64,000 nucleotides of DNA from Macrostomum lignano (lineage: Eukaryota). Both the position numbers and the translations under genes were made by a program. Below the pieces are notes generated by a model. The model saw only the letters and a program-made list of their open reading frames with translations. It was not told where the DNA came from and made no database searches. This document shows positions 27,587 through 41,292 of the stretch, one piece after another (position 1 is the first letter of the stretch; each line of letters opens with the position of its first letter). The stretch is taken from contig NIVC01001678.1 in the NCBI GenBank assembly GCA_002269645.1, positions 1-64,000 on the forward strand, read 5' to 3'.

Positions 27587-28964
27587 CTTATTTGATACTA
27601 TTATACCTGCATAGTATAATAATCATACCTGCTGCTGACATGCTTGAATTTTCTTGTAAATGGGTAATTAATAAATAACTCATCGCTTATTTTCAGTTAT
27701 TCCCTTATCCCCGGCTTTATTTTGTTGTAGCTCGTATTTTACTGATTTTATCATTTTTCTCTTCTCTGCGTTTCATTTTTAGACGCGCACGTGCTTACTT
27801 TTCTACTTTTCTTTTCAATCAGTAGTATGATTAGATTTTTTATATTTGCTTAAAAAAAACAAAAAAATTGCTGGCTACCTATAGGTCGTTAGGGCGTTTC
27901 GTATTATTATTTTTTAGAGTTTTGTGATTTCTGTTTTAATCAGTTTCGTCAGATATGTGTCGAACTTAGGAAATTTTTTCGCAACAAAATCCTGCGCTAT
28001 CGCTTTCTAATAACTCGTATTTAATTCTGTCATATATTCGTGCGTAGAATTTGCTTTTTTCGTAGAATAATTTTGCTTGTATATCGTTTCCTGTTTGTTT
28101 AAATATAAAAAAGTTAAAACCTAAACTTTTGTCTACACCAAGTTTTTCATTTTACCCTGTCTTATCAAACCTGCCCTATCTAACCTGTCTTTCCAAGCCT
28201 GTCCTATCAAACCTGTCTTCTCAAACCTGTCTGCTCAAACCTGTCTTCTCAAGCCTGTGCTCAAACCTGTCTTCTCAATCCTGTCTTCACAAACCTGTCT
28301 TCTCAAGCCTGTGCTCAAACCTGTCTTCTCAAACCTGTCTTCTCAAGCCTGTCTTCTCAAGCCTGTCTTCACAAACCTGTCTTGTCAAGCCTGTCTTCTC
28401 AAACCTGTCTTGTCAAGCCTGTCTTCTCAAGCCTGTCTGCTCAAGCCTGTCTGCTCAAGCCTGTCTGCTCAAACCTGTCTTCTCAAGCCTGTCTTCTCAA
28501 ACCTTACCTATTAAAGCCTGTATGTAATTAACAAATTTAAATTTGAGATCAACACAAGTTTCTAGACATTTCTAGATTATATTTAATTACGTAATAAAGA
28601 CTGAGACAACACCGAGAAAACCACAATTTTAACTTTGGTTGCTGCAGCAGCAGCAGTTGAAAAAAACTAAGAGCCTAATATAAATTCTAGTGTCGGGGTG
28701 TGTGTACACTATAGCAAATTAAAACGGCATATTTGCAAGCGTAAACTTCATTAAGGTAAGGTACAATTATTATGGTTGGAATTTGATGCAATATATCATA
28801 ACAGGCCTTTGGATTAGTGAGTAAATGAATGAATCAGTTAAGCTATCAAATATTTAAAAATCAGTCAGAACAATGTTTAGGAAATATGCATTTTATAGAT
28901 TTCAAACACACTGTGCTGCGAAGTAAATATGACGGATCACGGCTCTTATAGAGTTCGCAGTGAG

Positions 28965-29580
28965 GTTTAGGATTTAGGATTGGGATTCAGAAACTGGGAT
29001 CTAGGATTGGGATTAAAAACTGGGATCTAGGATTGGGATTAAAAAACTGGGATCTAGGATTGAGATTCAAAACTGGGATATAGGATTGGGATTCAAAAAG
29101 TGGGATATAGGATGGGGATTAAAAACTGGGATCTTGGATTGGGATCTTGGATCGGGATCTTGGATTGGGATCTGGGATTGGGATCTGGGATCGGGACCTG
29201 GGATTGGGATATAGGATTAGGATCTAAGGATTGGGATCTATGATTGGGACCTAGGATTGGGATCTAGGGTTGGGATTAAAAAACTGGGATCTTGGATTGG
29301 GATCTTGGATTGGGATCTGGGATTGGGACCTGGGATTGGGATCTAGGATTGGGACCTGGGATTGGGATCTAGGATTGGGATCTGGGATTGGGACCTGGGA
29401 TTGGGATATAGGATTGGGATCTAGGATTGGGATCTGGGATTGGGATTTGGGATTGGGACCTTGGATTGGGATCTAGGATTGGGATCTGGGATTGAGATCT
29501 GGGATTGAGATCTAGGATTGGGATCTAGGATTGGGATCTAGGATTGGTATTCAGAGAATGGGATCTAGGATTGGGATTTA
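28965..29580. repeat. GGGATT/GGGATCT ~13-bp array between the convergent genes
   Basis: Direct observation. Confidence 0.88.
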
Positions 29581-29706
29581 ACGGGAGGAGAGTAGATCAA
29601 TGAATAGAAGCAGTTGATCAGACAAATCAGAATTTACAAGAATCACATATAAGACTCAGTGATCAGTGATACAAATTCAGTTTTGGAGTTTTTCTCGGAT
29701 TCGAAC

Positions 29707-32367
29707 TCAGGCCACGCCTTCGTTCAGCTTGCAGGCCGCCTGTGGCTCGCCGCGGTGCGCCAGCTGGACGTGGCTGGCGAGGTCGGCGCCGGTCTTGGCG
29801 ATGTGGCCGCACTGGCTGCACGGCAGCAGGCGGAGCTTTGTGGCGGCGACACCCGCAGTTGGCAGAGCGGAGACGGCAGCTGTTGGAGACTGGCGGTACT
29901 GCAACAGTTGGGGGGTGTTCTCTGTGCGAGTTGGGATTTGGGATCTGGGGATTTGGGATCTGGGGATTTGGGATCTGGGGATTTGGGATCTGGGGATTTG
30001 GGATCTGGGGATTTGGGATCTGGGGATTTGGGATCTGGGGATTTGGGATCTGGGGATTTGGGATCTGGGGATTTGGGATCTGGGGATTTGGGATCTGGGG
30101 ATTTGGGATCTGGGGATTTGGGATCTGGGGATTTGGGATCTGGGGATTTGGGATCTGGGGATTTGGGATCTGGGGATTTGGGATCTGGGGATTTGGGATC
30201 TGGGGATTTGGGATCTGGGGATTTGGGATCTGGGGATTTGGGATCTGGGGATTTGGGATCTGGGGATTTGGGATCTGGGGATTTGGGATCTGGGGATTTG
30301 GGATCTGGGGATTTGGGATCTTGGGATTTGAGATCTGGGGATTTGGGATCTGGGGATTTGGGATCTGGGGATTTGGGATCTGGGGATTTGGGATCTGGGG
30401 ATTTGGGATCTGGGGATTTGGGATCTGGGGATTTGGGATCTGGGGATTTGGGATCTGGGGATTTGGGATCTGGGGATTTGGGATCTGGGGATTTGGGATC
30501 TGGGGATTTGGGATCTGGGGATTTGGGATCTGGGGATTTGGGATCTGGGGATTTGGGATCTGGGGATTTGGGATCTGGGGATTTGGGATCTGGGGATTTG
30601 GGATCTGGGGATTTGGGATCTGGGGATTTGGGATCTGGGGATTTGAGATCTGGGGAGCTGGGATCTTGGGAGTTCGGATCTGGGGATTTGGGATTTAAGG
30701 CAATTGGGATCTGAGGAGTTGGAATCTGGAGATTAGAAATCTAAAGGAATTTGGGATCTAAGAGATTTCTGATCTAAGGGTTTTTGAGATTTGGGGGGTT
30801 GGGATATTGGGAGTTGGGATTTGGAGAGTTGGGATCTGGTAAGTTGGGATTTTGAAGATTTGGGATTTGGGATTTGGGATTTGGGATTTGGGATTTGGGA
30901 TTTGGGATTTGGGATTTGGAATTTGTGATTTGGGATTTGGGATTTGGAGAGTTGGGATCTGGTAAGTTGGGATTTTGAAGATTTGGGATTTGGGATTTGG
31001 GATTTGGGATTTGGGATTTGGGATTTGGGATTTGGGATTTGGGATTTGGGATTTGGGATTTGGGATTTGGGATTTGGAATTTGGGATTTGGGGATTCGGG
31101 ATCTGGGATTTTGAATCTGGAGATTTTGGGATCTGGGAATTTGGGATCTAAGGAATTAGGGATCTAAGGGAGTTGGGATCCGAGACCAGGAATTCACACT
31201 TACATGTACATCTTCCAAGTCGTCGGGTTCTTCGCTTGAGCATCTTTGGCGATGCTGCTGACTGTGCGGCTGCTGCCTCACCGGCACGGTGTCATCCGCA
31301 TACAGGATGGCCTCAGCCTCGTTACTGTAGAGCTCGGGGTCTGGCGGATCGTACAGCACAAACGCTTGGATCTCCTTGTTACTGCCGCAGCCGGCGCCGC
31401 AGTCCATGTCGGTGCTGTCGCAGCCGGCGCAGCCCAGCGCGGCCCTCTTGCCGGTGCAGCGCTTCAGATGCTTCACAACGTCCCATTTCCACTTGCTGCG
31501 GTAGCTGCAGAACTTGCAGCGAAACGGCTTGAAGTTGCTGTGGTTGATGAGGTGCGACTTCAGCTCCGACTTCCAGCGGGCCTTGGCGCCGCAGATCGGG
31601 CACTCGTAGGGCAGCGAGTCGGAGCCGTCGTCCTTCGAACCGGCGCCTGTCGAGGCGGTTGTTGAATTGACTCGACGACTGCCACCAGACTTGGCCATCT
31701 CCTGGTGCCGCTGGTTGGTCGGGGTGGGAGGCGAGGTTGACATCGTCGGAGCTCGGGAAATCGACGGAGGCGGCGGCGGCGGCGGTGGAGGCGGCGGCGG
31801 TAGCGGCAGCGGTAGCGGCGGTGGAGGAAACGACCCTCCCAGCGATGTCGGACGAGTACAGGCCGGTGGCGGCGGCGGTGGCGGAGGCGGCGGTCGGGGC
31901 AGAGCCGGGCGCATTCGCATCAGGAGTTCATCAGGCCGCTGCTGTTGCATCCCGGATCCGCCGGAGGCGGCTGCAGCGGCAGCAGCGGCAGCGGCGGCGC
32001 CGAACAGCGGGTGCTGCCTGGCGAAGACCAGCTGCTGGGCCATCTGGCTGAAGCAGCTGCTGCTGTAGAAGGCCATCAGCTCGCGGCCGGCCGCGGCGGC
32101 AGCGGCGGCGGCGGCAGCAGCGGCGGCGGCAGCGGCAGAAGTGGCGGCAGTCGACGAGGTTGAAGAAGAAGTCGACGTGGAAGGCCCGACTGACCGCTTG
32201 AGAGACTGCGGAGGAGGAGGCGGCAGCGATGGGAGCGGCGGCAGAGACATCGGCGGCGGCGGCGGCGGCGGCGGCGGTGGAGGAGGCTGCGACATTAACG
32301 ACTTGGCCACGAATTGCGGAGGAAACAGCAGGTCGGTGTGGCGACGCAACGACTCAAAGGAAGAAAA

Positions 32368-32410
<43 letters not shown>

Positions 32411-33549
32411 GGCGGCTGCAGCGGCTGAGGTGGCTGCACCGAGGCACAGCCGCCACCCGCGGGCTTAACCGTGTTCTTCTTGTACGGGTTGGGCATCTCG
32501 CCGGACTCGTGCGACTTGTCGAAGTGCCTGCCGAGGTCCCACTTCCACTTGTAGGTGCAGCCGCAGACGACGCACACGTGAGGCCGGGCATTGGAGTGCA
32601 CCATGATGTGCTTCTGCAGCTCCGTGGGCCACTTGGCGAAGTAGTCACACTCGGGACACTTGAACCCGATCGTGTCGCCGTTCTCCAGCCGCACCATGGT
32701 GGCCTCGACGTTGAGCTCCTTATTGTCGACTGCGGACGACTTCCAGGACTTGGTGTTGTCGAACTCGGACATCAGCGAGTGCAGATGCGACTTCTCGAAG
32801 TGGCCGTTCAGGTCACGCAGGCACAGGAAGGTCTGGCGGCACTGGTGGCACGACGTCACCGGCTGGCGGCCGCCGCCGCTGTTGCCGATGTCTCTGCCGC
32901 CGGCGCTTTTGCAGCCGCTTGAGTCGCGAAAATCGTCCGAATCGGCGTCTTCGCCGTCGACGACGGCTGGGGCGACGGCGGCGCCTGAGGCTGCTGGACT
33001 CTGCGAGACAGCCTCCTCCAGCGACTGTGGCGACTGCAGCGGCGGTGGCGGCGGCTGCCGACCCTGGCCAGCTCCGCGCATGATGGCGGCGAGCGTCTCC
33101 GGGCTCATCAGCTCGCCGCGTCTCGCCTTGATGCCACCGTCTTCGCCGTCGTCTGCGTCCTCGCCGTCCTCGGCTGCTGACAGGTCCAGCGGAGCTGCGG
33201 CGACATCTTCCTGACTGTGCCCGACGCTGAGATCCAGCGGAGCCTCCGGCGACTGCCGCAGCGGATTCTGCCGGGGAAAGTCTGGAAGACTCGGTGGCTG
33301 CGGCTGTGGCGGCGGAAGGCCCCAGAAGGGCAGCATGAGCGGCGGCTTGGGTGGCGGCCCAAACTCGGACGTTCTCGGCCGCTTGGCCGCCTCCTCGTTC
33401 TCGACTGCGTCGTCCTCGGCCGAGTTTCTCTGCGGCCTGGCCAGCTTTCGTCTGGAGCTGGCCGACAACTGCTGATGCTGGCTGCTGTTGTCGTCATGGC
33501 AACCGGCTAGGATCTCGGACTCCGATAGCATTGGCGGCGATTCTGACAT
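29707..33549 (-). CDS. Zinc-finger transcription factor, inverted paralog (6 fingers, two PLDLS motifs, polyQ/polyA/polyP tracts, ~850 aa)
   Basis: Large exon 33581-31204: acceptor TTTTCACCTCACAG, first ATG at 33549, donor GTAAGT at 31203. It encodes 5 fingers. A final exon ~29920-29707 encodes CSQCGHIAKTGADLASHVQLAH and TGA. The exact last acceptor (29921 or 29919) and any upstream exon are uncertain. Confidence 0.85.
29932..31185. repeat. 15-bp GGGATCTGGGGATTT array grading into (GGGATTT)n; fills the last intron of the minus-strand gene
   Basis: Direct observation. Confidence 0.95.
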
Positions 33550-33635
33550 TTTCTGCGCGGCTTCTGGTCTGCTGACTTGAGCTGTGAGGTGAAAATAATT
33601 CGCCATGCTGCTTTCACCACGGAGTCTTTTAGATG

Positions 33636-35030
33636 GGATCTGGGATTCGGGATCTGAGATTTGGGATCTGGGATTCGGGATCTGGGATTCGGGATCTGGG
33701 ATTCGGGATCTGGGATTCGGGATCTGGGATTCGGGATCTGGGATTCGGGATCTGGGATTCGGGATCTGGGATTCGGGATCTGGGATTCGGGATCTGGGAT
33801 TCGGGATTTGGGATTCGGGATCTGGGATTCGGGATCTGGGATTCGGGATCTGGGATTCGGGATCTGGGATTCGGGATCTGGGATTCGGGATCTGGGATTC
33901 GGGATCTGGGATTCGGGATCTGGGATTCGGGATCTGGGATTCGGGATCTGGGATTCGGGATCTGGGATTCGGGATCTGGGATTCGGGATCTGGGATTCGG
34001 GATCTGGGATTCGGGATCTGGGATTCGGGAACTGGGATTCGGGAACTGGGATTCGGGATCTGGGATTCGGGATCTGGGATTCGGGATCTGGGATTCGGGA
34101 TCTGGGATTCGGGATCTGGGATTCGGGATCTGGGATTCGGGATCTGGGATTCGGGATCTGGATTTCGGGATCTGGGATTCGGGATCTGGGATTCGGGATC
34201 TGGGATTCGGGATCTGGGATTCGGGATCTGGGATTCGGGATCTGGGATTCGGGATCTGGGATTCGGGATCTGGGATTCGGGATCTGGGATTCGGGATCTG
34301 GGATTCGGGATCTGGGATTCGGGATCTGGGGTTCGGGATCTGGGATTCGGGATCTGGGATTCGGGATCTGGGATTCGGGATCTGGGATTCGGGATCTGGG
34401 ATTCGGGATCTGGGATTCGGGATCTGGGATTCGGGATCTGGGATTCGGGATCTGGGATTCGGGATCTGGGATTCGGGATCTGGGATTCGGGATCTGGGAT
34501 TCGGGATCTGGGATTCGGGATCTGGGATTCGGGATCTGGGATTCGGGATCTGGGATTCGGGATCTGGGATTCGGGATCTGGGATTCGGGATCTGGGATTC
34601 GGGATCTGGGTTCGGGATCTGGGATTCGGGATCTGGGATTCGGGATCTGGGATTCGGGATCTGGGATTCGGGATCTGGGATTCGGGATCTGGGATTCGGG
34701 ATCTGGGATTCGGGATCTGGGATTCGGGATCTGGGATTCGGGATCTGGGATTCGGGATCTGGGATTCGGGATCTGGGATTCGGGATCTGGGATTCGGGAT
34801 CTGGGATTCGGGATCTGGGATTCGGGATCTGGGATTCGGGATCTGGGATTCGGGATCTGGGATTCGGGATCTGGGATTCGGGATCTGGGATTCGGGATCT
34901 GAGATTTGGGATCTGAAATTCGGGATCTGGGATTCGGGATCTGGGATTCGGGATCTGAAATTCGGGATCTGAAATTCGGGATCTGAAATTCGGGATCTGG
35001 GATTCGGGATCTGGGATCGGGGAGCTGAGA
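33636..35030. repeat. 14-bp minisatellite GGGATCTGGGATTC (~100 copies)
   Basis: Near-perfect tandem copies directly upstream of the acceptor of the minus-strand gene. Confidence 0.96.
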
Positions 35031-36294
35031 TCGTCAATTAGGGATTTTGGATGGGGGACATGATTCGGCATAAAATGTCAGCTGGGAGAATAATAGGAGT
35101 TCTCCCCACCATGATGTGAATTACCAATTTCCCAGGAGAGAGCTCGGCAGAGCGCACAGGCAGGGGAAGGAAAGCGTCTGTTTCTGCGATTAATTTCTCA
35201 AAACTCAATCGAAGCATAAGGGCTGCTCAGAAGGATTGGGAACTTTGATGGCTAACTTCGTTATCCAAGTCTTCCGCAGGTGTATCGGTGAAAGAAACGA
35301 TTGAAAGAAGAATATTCCGAGTTCCATACCCCCATACTATCCTGATGAAGCAGTCTGGAGCCTGGACAGGGAAACGAGGATTAGCTAATTTTTTCCCCAG
35401 ATTGAGCTCCCCTTTGCCTCACAGCAGGACACCCGGGAGGGGCAACAGAAAGCCGCCCCCATTATATTTAAAAAACAGAAACGAAGAGACGAAGGAAGAG
35501 AAGGATTTCCTTTGTTTCTTGGAAATGAGATCGAGAGAGAGAGACGGGAGCTAAAAGACGATTAATTGCCGCCCCCCCTGAGCTGCCTGGGATTCCTCGA
35601 GTTCGGGCGGCGGCAGCGCTGGTGCGTGAGTAGCCGTGAAAGTCTTCAGTCTTCTTCCACTTGGCCTGCCGCGCAGCCCGACCATTGAGTTCTTCTTCTT
35701 CTATAGACAGGAAAAAAATCTGTTGCAAAGCTCAAACTGTCTGGCTAATGATGAGGCTGAATCCTTCTCCACTCAAGCCCAGCTTCCTCAAAACAACAAA
35801 CCCGATCCCAAATCTGCACGCGCGGGGAGCAATGTCCCCTCAGCATCTCCACTTAATGAGGCCTAACTGCTTCCGCGATGAAAAGCATCTCTATGAATTG
35901 CGGCTCCTCGCGCGAGCAAGGCCCCAAGAAATTGAAAAGCAGCATCCACCCCCACCCCCAGGAGAAGAAAAAACTGTTCAAGCAAGAAGCAAAAGAAGAC
36001 AATGCAGACTGCCTGGAACAAGAGCGGAGGCATTTGATACTTTGCTCTCCTCCAAAATATGATTTCTGAACTTGCTTGAGTTTCTTCTCCATCTCTTCAA
36101 ATGAAGCTGTGCAGAAGACAAGGACAATGCAACGAAATCCGATTCCTGCTGCTCCTTCTGCCCGCTGCACAAAAAGAAGACCCAATGCGAACAGTCAGGG
36201 ACTTCTCTCTCTCTGTTATAGAGACTTGGACTGGTGGTTCTATACAATTGGGTGCCGAAAACTGACAATTTACAGTAAACCTTCATTAAGTATC

Positions 36295-37500
36295 CAAACC
36301 CTTAAACTCCACAGGCCCTAAACTTCCCAAACCCTTAAACTCCACAGACCCTAAATTCTTTAGATCCTAAACTCCACAGACCCTAAACTCCACAGACCCT
36401 AAACTCCACAGGCCCTAAACTCCACAAACCCTAAACTCCACAGGCCCTAAACTCCACAAACCCTAAACTCCACAGGCCCTAAACTCCACAAACCCTAAAC
36501 TCCACAGGCCCTAAACTCCACAAACCCTAAACTTCACAGACCCTAAACTCCACAGACCCTAAACTCCACAGGCCCTACACTCCACAGACCCTAAACTCCA
36601 CAGGCCCTAAACTCCACAAACCCTAAACTTCACAGACCCTAAACTCCACAGACCCTAAACTCCACAGGCCCTACACTCCACAGACCCTAAACTCCACAGA
36701 CCCTAAACTCCACAGGCCCTAAACTCCACCAACCCTAAACTCCACAGGCCCTAAACTCCACAAACCCTAAACTTCACAGACCCTAAACTCCACAGACCCT
36801 AAACTCCACAGGCCCTAAACTCCACAGACCCTAAACTCCACAGACCCTAAACTCCACAGACCCTAAACTCCACAGGCCCTAAACTCCACAAACCCTAAAC
36901 TCCACAGACCCTAAACTCCACAGACCCTAAACTCCACAGACCCTAAACTCCACAGGCCCTAAACTCCACAAACCCTAAACTCCACAGGCCCTAAACTCCA
37001 CAAACCCTAAACTCCACAGACCCTAAACTCCACAGACCCCAAACTCCACAGACCCTAAACTTCACAGACCCTAAACTCCACAGGCCCTAAACTCCACAGA
37101 CCCTAAACTCCACAGACCCTAAACTCCACAGACCCTAAACTCCACAGACCCTAAACTCCACAGACCCTAAACTCCACAGACCCTAAACTCCACAGACCCT
37201 AAACTCCACAGACCCTAAACTCCACAGACCCTAAACTCCACAGACCCTAAACTCCACAGACCCTAAACTCCACAGACCCTAAACTCCACAGGCCCTAAAC
37301 TCCACAGACCCTAAACTCCACAGACCCTAAACTCCACAGACCCTAAACTCCACAGACCCTAAACTCCACAGACCCTAAACTCCACAGACCCTAAACTCCA
37401 CAGACCCTAAACTCCACAGACCCTAAACTCCACAGACCCTAAACTCCACAGACCCTAAACTCCACAGACCCTAAACTCCACAGACCCTAAACTTCACAAT
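36295..37500. repeat. 16-bp minisatellite CCCTAAACTCCACAGA
   Basis: Direct observation. Confidence 0.95.
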
Positions 37501-38224
37501 AACCTTCAGTTGAGTCACGATTTCCAGTCCAGGTGTATACAAAGATCCCTGAATAAGACAGCCGCATCCTCAAAGAGTCTCTTAGCTGAGGATGGGAGAA
37601 ATACGCCAGCATAAAAGTAGAGCTTTTTGGATCCCAATGCAAGGCTCCAACTGAATCATTACTGAGTTTCCCAGCTCAGATCAGGGAGCTCACAGGATCG
37701 CCTGCAGCGCGCAGCTTTTCTGTAATTGGATATTTTCCTGGCTGCTCGCGAGTCATGTAGAATTGGGAATCAGAGGCATTGTGTGTTGGCAAGAGTTTGC
37801 AGTAAAATACCTGCCTGAACTGGGGGACACACGGCCTCTATAAAATCCTTGGGCTTTGGGAATGCGACATCAGGGATTTGAGAGTCGGGAGAGTCGGGAG
37901 AGGAAACAGTCGGAGCAGATCAACACGTGCCCTACTCTGTTACTGCTCAGTAGATGGAACAACCGTTTTTTGCTTGAAGTAGCGATTTGGCACGATTCTT
38001 GGAAAGATTTTCCAACGCAGGCATAGAGATTCGATGGCAGCAAAGAGCAATTAAGTGGGATATATCCGTGTGTGAGAATACTGCTCTGAGTCTTTTAACT
38101 AATCACTGAGTTTGGAGAATTTGTATACATTCTTAAAATTTTCTAAAATGTTTCGAAAGTTTAGTCAGATCTGTGTATATAATTTTTTAACTTGTAGAGT
38201 TCTTAGAATACGTGAAGAATTATT

Positions 38225-38400
38225 GAAATGCGTGTCGAATTCTTAGAATGCGTGTAGATTCCTTAGAATGCGTGTAGATTTCTTAGAATGCGTGTAGATT
38301 TCTTAGAATGCCTGTGGATTTCTTAGAATGCGTGTATATTTCTTAGAATGCGTTTAGATTTCTTAGAATGCGTATCAAACTCTTAGAATGGGTAGAATTC
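38225..38400. repeat. 20-bp repeat TTCTTAGAATGCGTGTAGAT
   Basis: About 8 copies. Confidence 0.8.
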
Positions 38401-39159
38401 ACAGAATAAAGAATGTTAGAATGACCTCCCCAATTTTCACTAGGGGACAGCCGACCCCACTGACCTCCCATGAATGGCTCTCGCATTGTAATTAAGCCAT
38501 AATCTCACATTTCAGAAGGCCGAATACCAGGTTGAAATAATTCTGAGCAATCCAAATCTTAATCTCAGCTAGCAAATCCCCATTTTCGGACACTATATAT
38601 ACAAAAATTGTTGACAGAGGAATTCCCGCACAACGCTTCGCAGATGTTTCTGTTGTCTGTCCTTAAAATTTTGCGAATAAAACCTACTATAGCACCAGAT
38701 TTGGCTCCATGTGTCTGTCCCTATCTGCTCGAGCTGCTCTCGAAGTCGAAAGTACCGAACTCCTCAATAGACTCAAAGTCGTAACTCTCGATTTTCAAGC
38801 CTGAACCCCCTAATAGAAGAAATTCACCTGCTGCTATGCTTCTTCTTCTAGGAGCAGAACATGGGAGAATTATTGCAGAAAAATCAGCTGCTGTCCTCAC
38901 TTCGCCCCCCCTCTCTCTCTCTCCCCCCAAGCCCTCTCTTGCTCGATTCTGATTTTAGAAACACTTCTCTCTATTAGACACCTTCGCTTGCTTGCAAATC
39001 CTATCCATTTTAGCTCAAAATATTAGTCAGTTTTTTCTCTGGGTGGGAAGGATTCTGCTGCTTCTGCCGTTAATGGCTGCTATTTGTTGTTGCTTTCAGC
39101 TCAGAAATCTGCAGCGAATGCGCTGTGCAGTGAAATTAGTTTCTGTAGTGTTGTGCATT

Positions 39160-39600
39160 TAGAATGTGTAGCAGAATGTGTAAAATGTGGAGTAGAATGT
39201 GTAGCAGAATGTGTAGAATGTGGAGTAGAATGTGTAGAATGTGTAGAATGTGTAGAATGTTTAGAATGTGCAGTAGAATGTGTATAATGTGCAATAGAAT
39301 GTGTAGAATGTGTAGAATGTGCAGTAGAATGTGTAGAATGTGTAGTAGAATGTGTATAATGTGCAATAGAATGTGTAGAATGTGTAGAATGTGCAGTAGA
39401 ATGTGTAGAATGTGTAGTAGAATGTGTATAATGTGCAATAGAATGTGTAGAATGTGTAGAATGTGCAGTAGAATGTGTAGAATGTGTAGTAGAATGTGTA
39501 TAATGTGCAATAGAATGTGTAGAATGTGTAGAATGTGCAATAGAATGTGTAGAATGTGCAATAGAATGTGTAGAATGCGCAGTAGAATGTGCAGAATGTG
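39160..39600. repeat. AGAATGTGT-based 9/12-bp compound repeat
   Basis: Direct observation. Confidence 0.9.
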
Positions 39601-40869
39601 TAAAAGAACATGCATTTGCAGCATATCTTCCGTCTATCATAGCGGCAGAAAAGACACGCAGTTGCGGCAAGGTCGGGGCCAGGATCAGCTCAGCGCTATT
39701 ATGTACACAACACAGGGCTCGGCAAATATTGGGCACACGACCCCGGCAGCGAATCTCTGATGATCGAGGGCAGCATGATTTGAAGCGATTCTTCTTCTTT
39801 TAACATTGTTTTTCTGTGCTGTTCGTAGAACAAGCACGACAGGAGAGAATGACACTTCCACTCGGCCTTGTCTGCTTCTCATGCTCAAATTGGAGACATG
39901 GTCTATTGGTGCATTGGGGGGGGATTAGCGACTAGAGAAGGGGATAGCGAAAGACCGCGGACTAACTCGAAACCGAGTAAGCTGTCAGCTACCTCGGCGG
40001 CATCGAGTGAGCAAAAGCGGGACGTGATGTTTCTGAAAGGTGAAAGCAGGCAAAAACTTCGGCACAAGAAGAAGAAGAAGAGCCGCCCCACCTGCCGCCG
40101 CTCTCAGACGGTCGCTCACCCATGGGGGAGAGCCTGGGAGAAGTGGGCAGGACCGGCCCCGCCCACCACCTCAACATTTCTCCCTTTTCCCTTTTCGAAC
40201 GAATTCCCCACTTTAGTTTTTATACTGAGGACTTGCCGTCCGGCAGGTGGGAGGAGCGGAGGCTGGCGGCGGGCTCAGCTTCATCCACTCAAGAAGACCG
40301 GCGACTCTCTTAAAAAGAAGCAGAAGAGATCGCCGCCCGCGACCAGAAGCAGCGAATCGATTATCACAGAAGAAGAAGAAGGAAAGTGAGGGTTCAGGAG
40401 GCCGAGTTGAAGGAAGGCGAGCTGTAGAATTGAGAAGGAAGTCTCACTTTGCGGATCACGAAAGCCCCCTGACCGCCCGCAAAAGCAGCAAGAGGCGGCC
40501 TCGCAGGCTAAAATAGAGCGGCTGGGAGGCAGCCCAGAAGAGGGCCGGGGTTTAAAGTAACCGCACCGAGCCCCCCCCCGAGCTCCCAGCTCAGGTAGGA
40601 AATTGCTGGCTCTCTCTGACTCGATCGAGTAGCGAAAGAAAAAAGCTTCTTAGCTTATGGGAAGAAATTCCCCCACGGCCCCAGCCCCCGACCGAAGACA
40701 AGCGGAGCGAGGAGAGGTCACACTTCGCTGCAGGTTGGCGAGGGTTCGCCCGGGAGGGCCACCAGGCTATATCGTGCAGGCCTGAGTGAATTGGAAAGTC
40801 TGAGATGGATGGGAGGACAGGCGTTCTATAAAATACGAGGCCAGACTCATTTGCGATTGCTGCATCAGG

Positions 40870-41292
40870 GGCGGATCGCAAAAGAATCGGGGGCGGAAGG
40901 ATCGGGGGCGCAAGGATCGGGGGCGGAAGGATCGGGGGCGCAAGGATCGGGGGCGGAAGGATCGGGGGCGGAAGGATCGGGGGCGGAAGGATCGGGGCGG
41001 AAGGATCAGGGGGCGGAAGGACCAGTGGGCGGAAGGATCGGGGGCGGAAGGATCGGGGCGGAAGGATCAGGGGGCGGAAGGACCAGTGGGCGGAAGGATC
41101 AGGGGCGGAAGGATCAGGGGCGGAAGGATCGGGGCGGAAGGATCAGGGGGCGGAAGGACCAGTGGGCGGAAGGATCGGGGGCGGAAGGATCGGGGGCGGA
41201 AGGATCAGGGGCGGAAGGATCGGGGGCGGAAGGATCGGGGCGGAAGGACCAGTGGGCGGAAGGATCGGGGGCGGAAGGATCAGGGGCGGAAG
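40870..41292. repeat. 15-bp minisatellite GGGGGCGGAAGGATC (reverse complement of the 9793/11780 family)
   Basis: Direct observation. Confidence 0.9.

Noticed and set aside
33605-35071. N-terminal ~475 aa of the 1293-aa ORF and the overlapping 413-480 aa ORFs
   Set aside because: Read-through of the 14-bp array. A good splice acceptor at 33582 separates it from the real exon.
36295-37500. Telomere-like CCCTAA(A) in the 16-bp array, AACCTAA at 42115-42545, and (GGGATTT)n near 30860-31080
   Set aside because: The hexamer is only part of longer units, and GGGATTT is not a permutation of TTTAGGG. There is no pure telomeric tract.
37837-40851. TATAAA motifs at ~37839 and 40827
   Set aside because: No initiator at the right spacing and no downstream gene on the plus strand.
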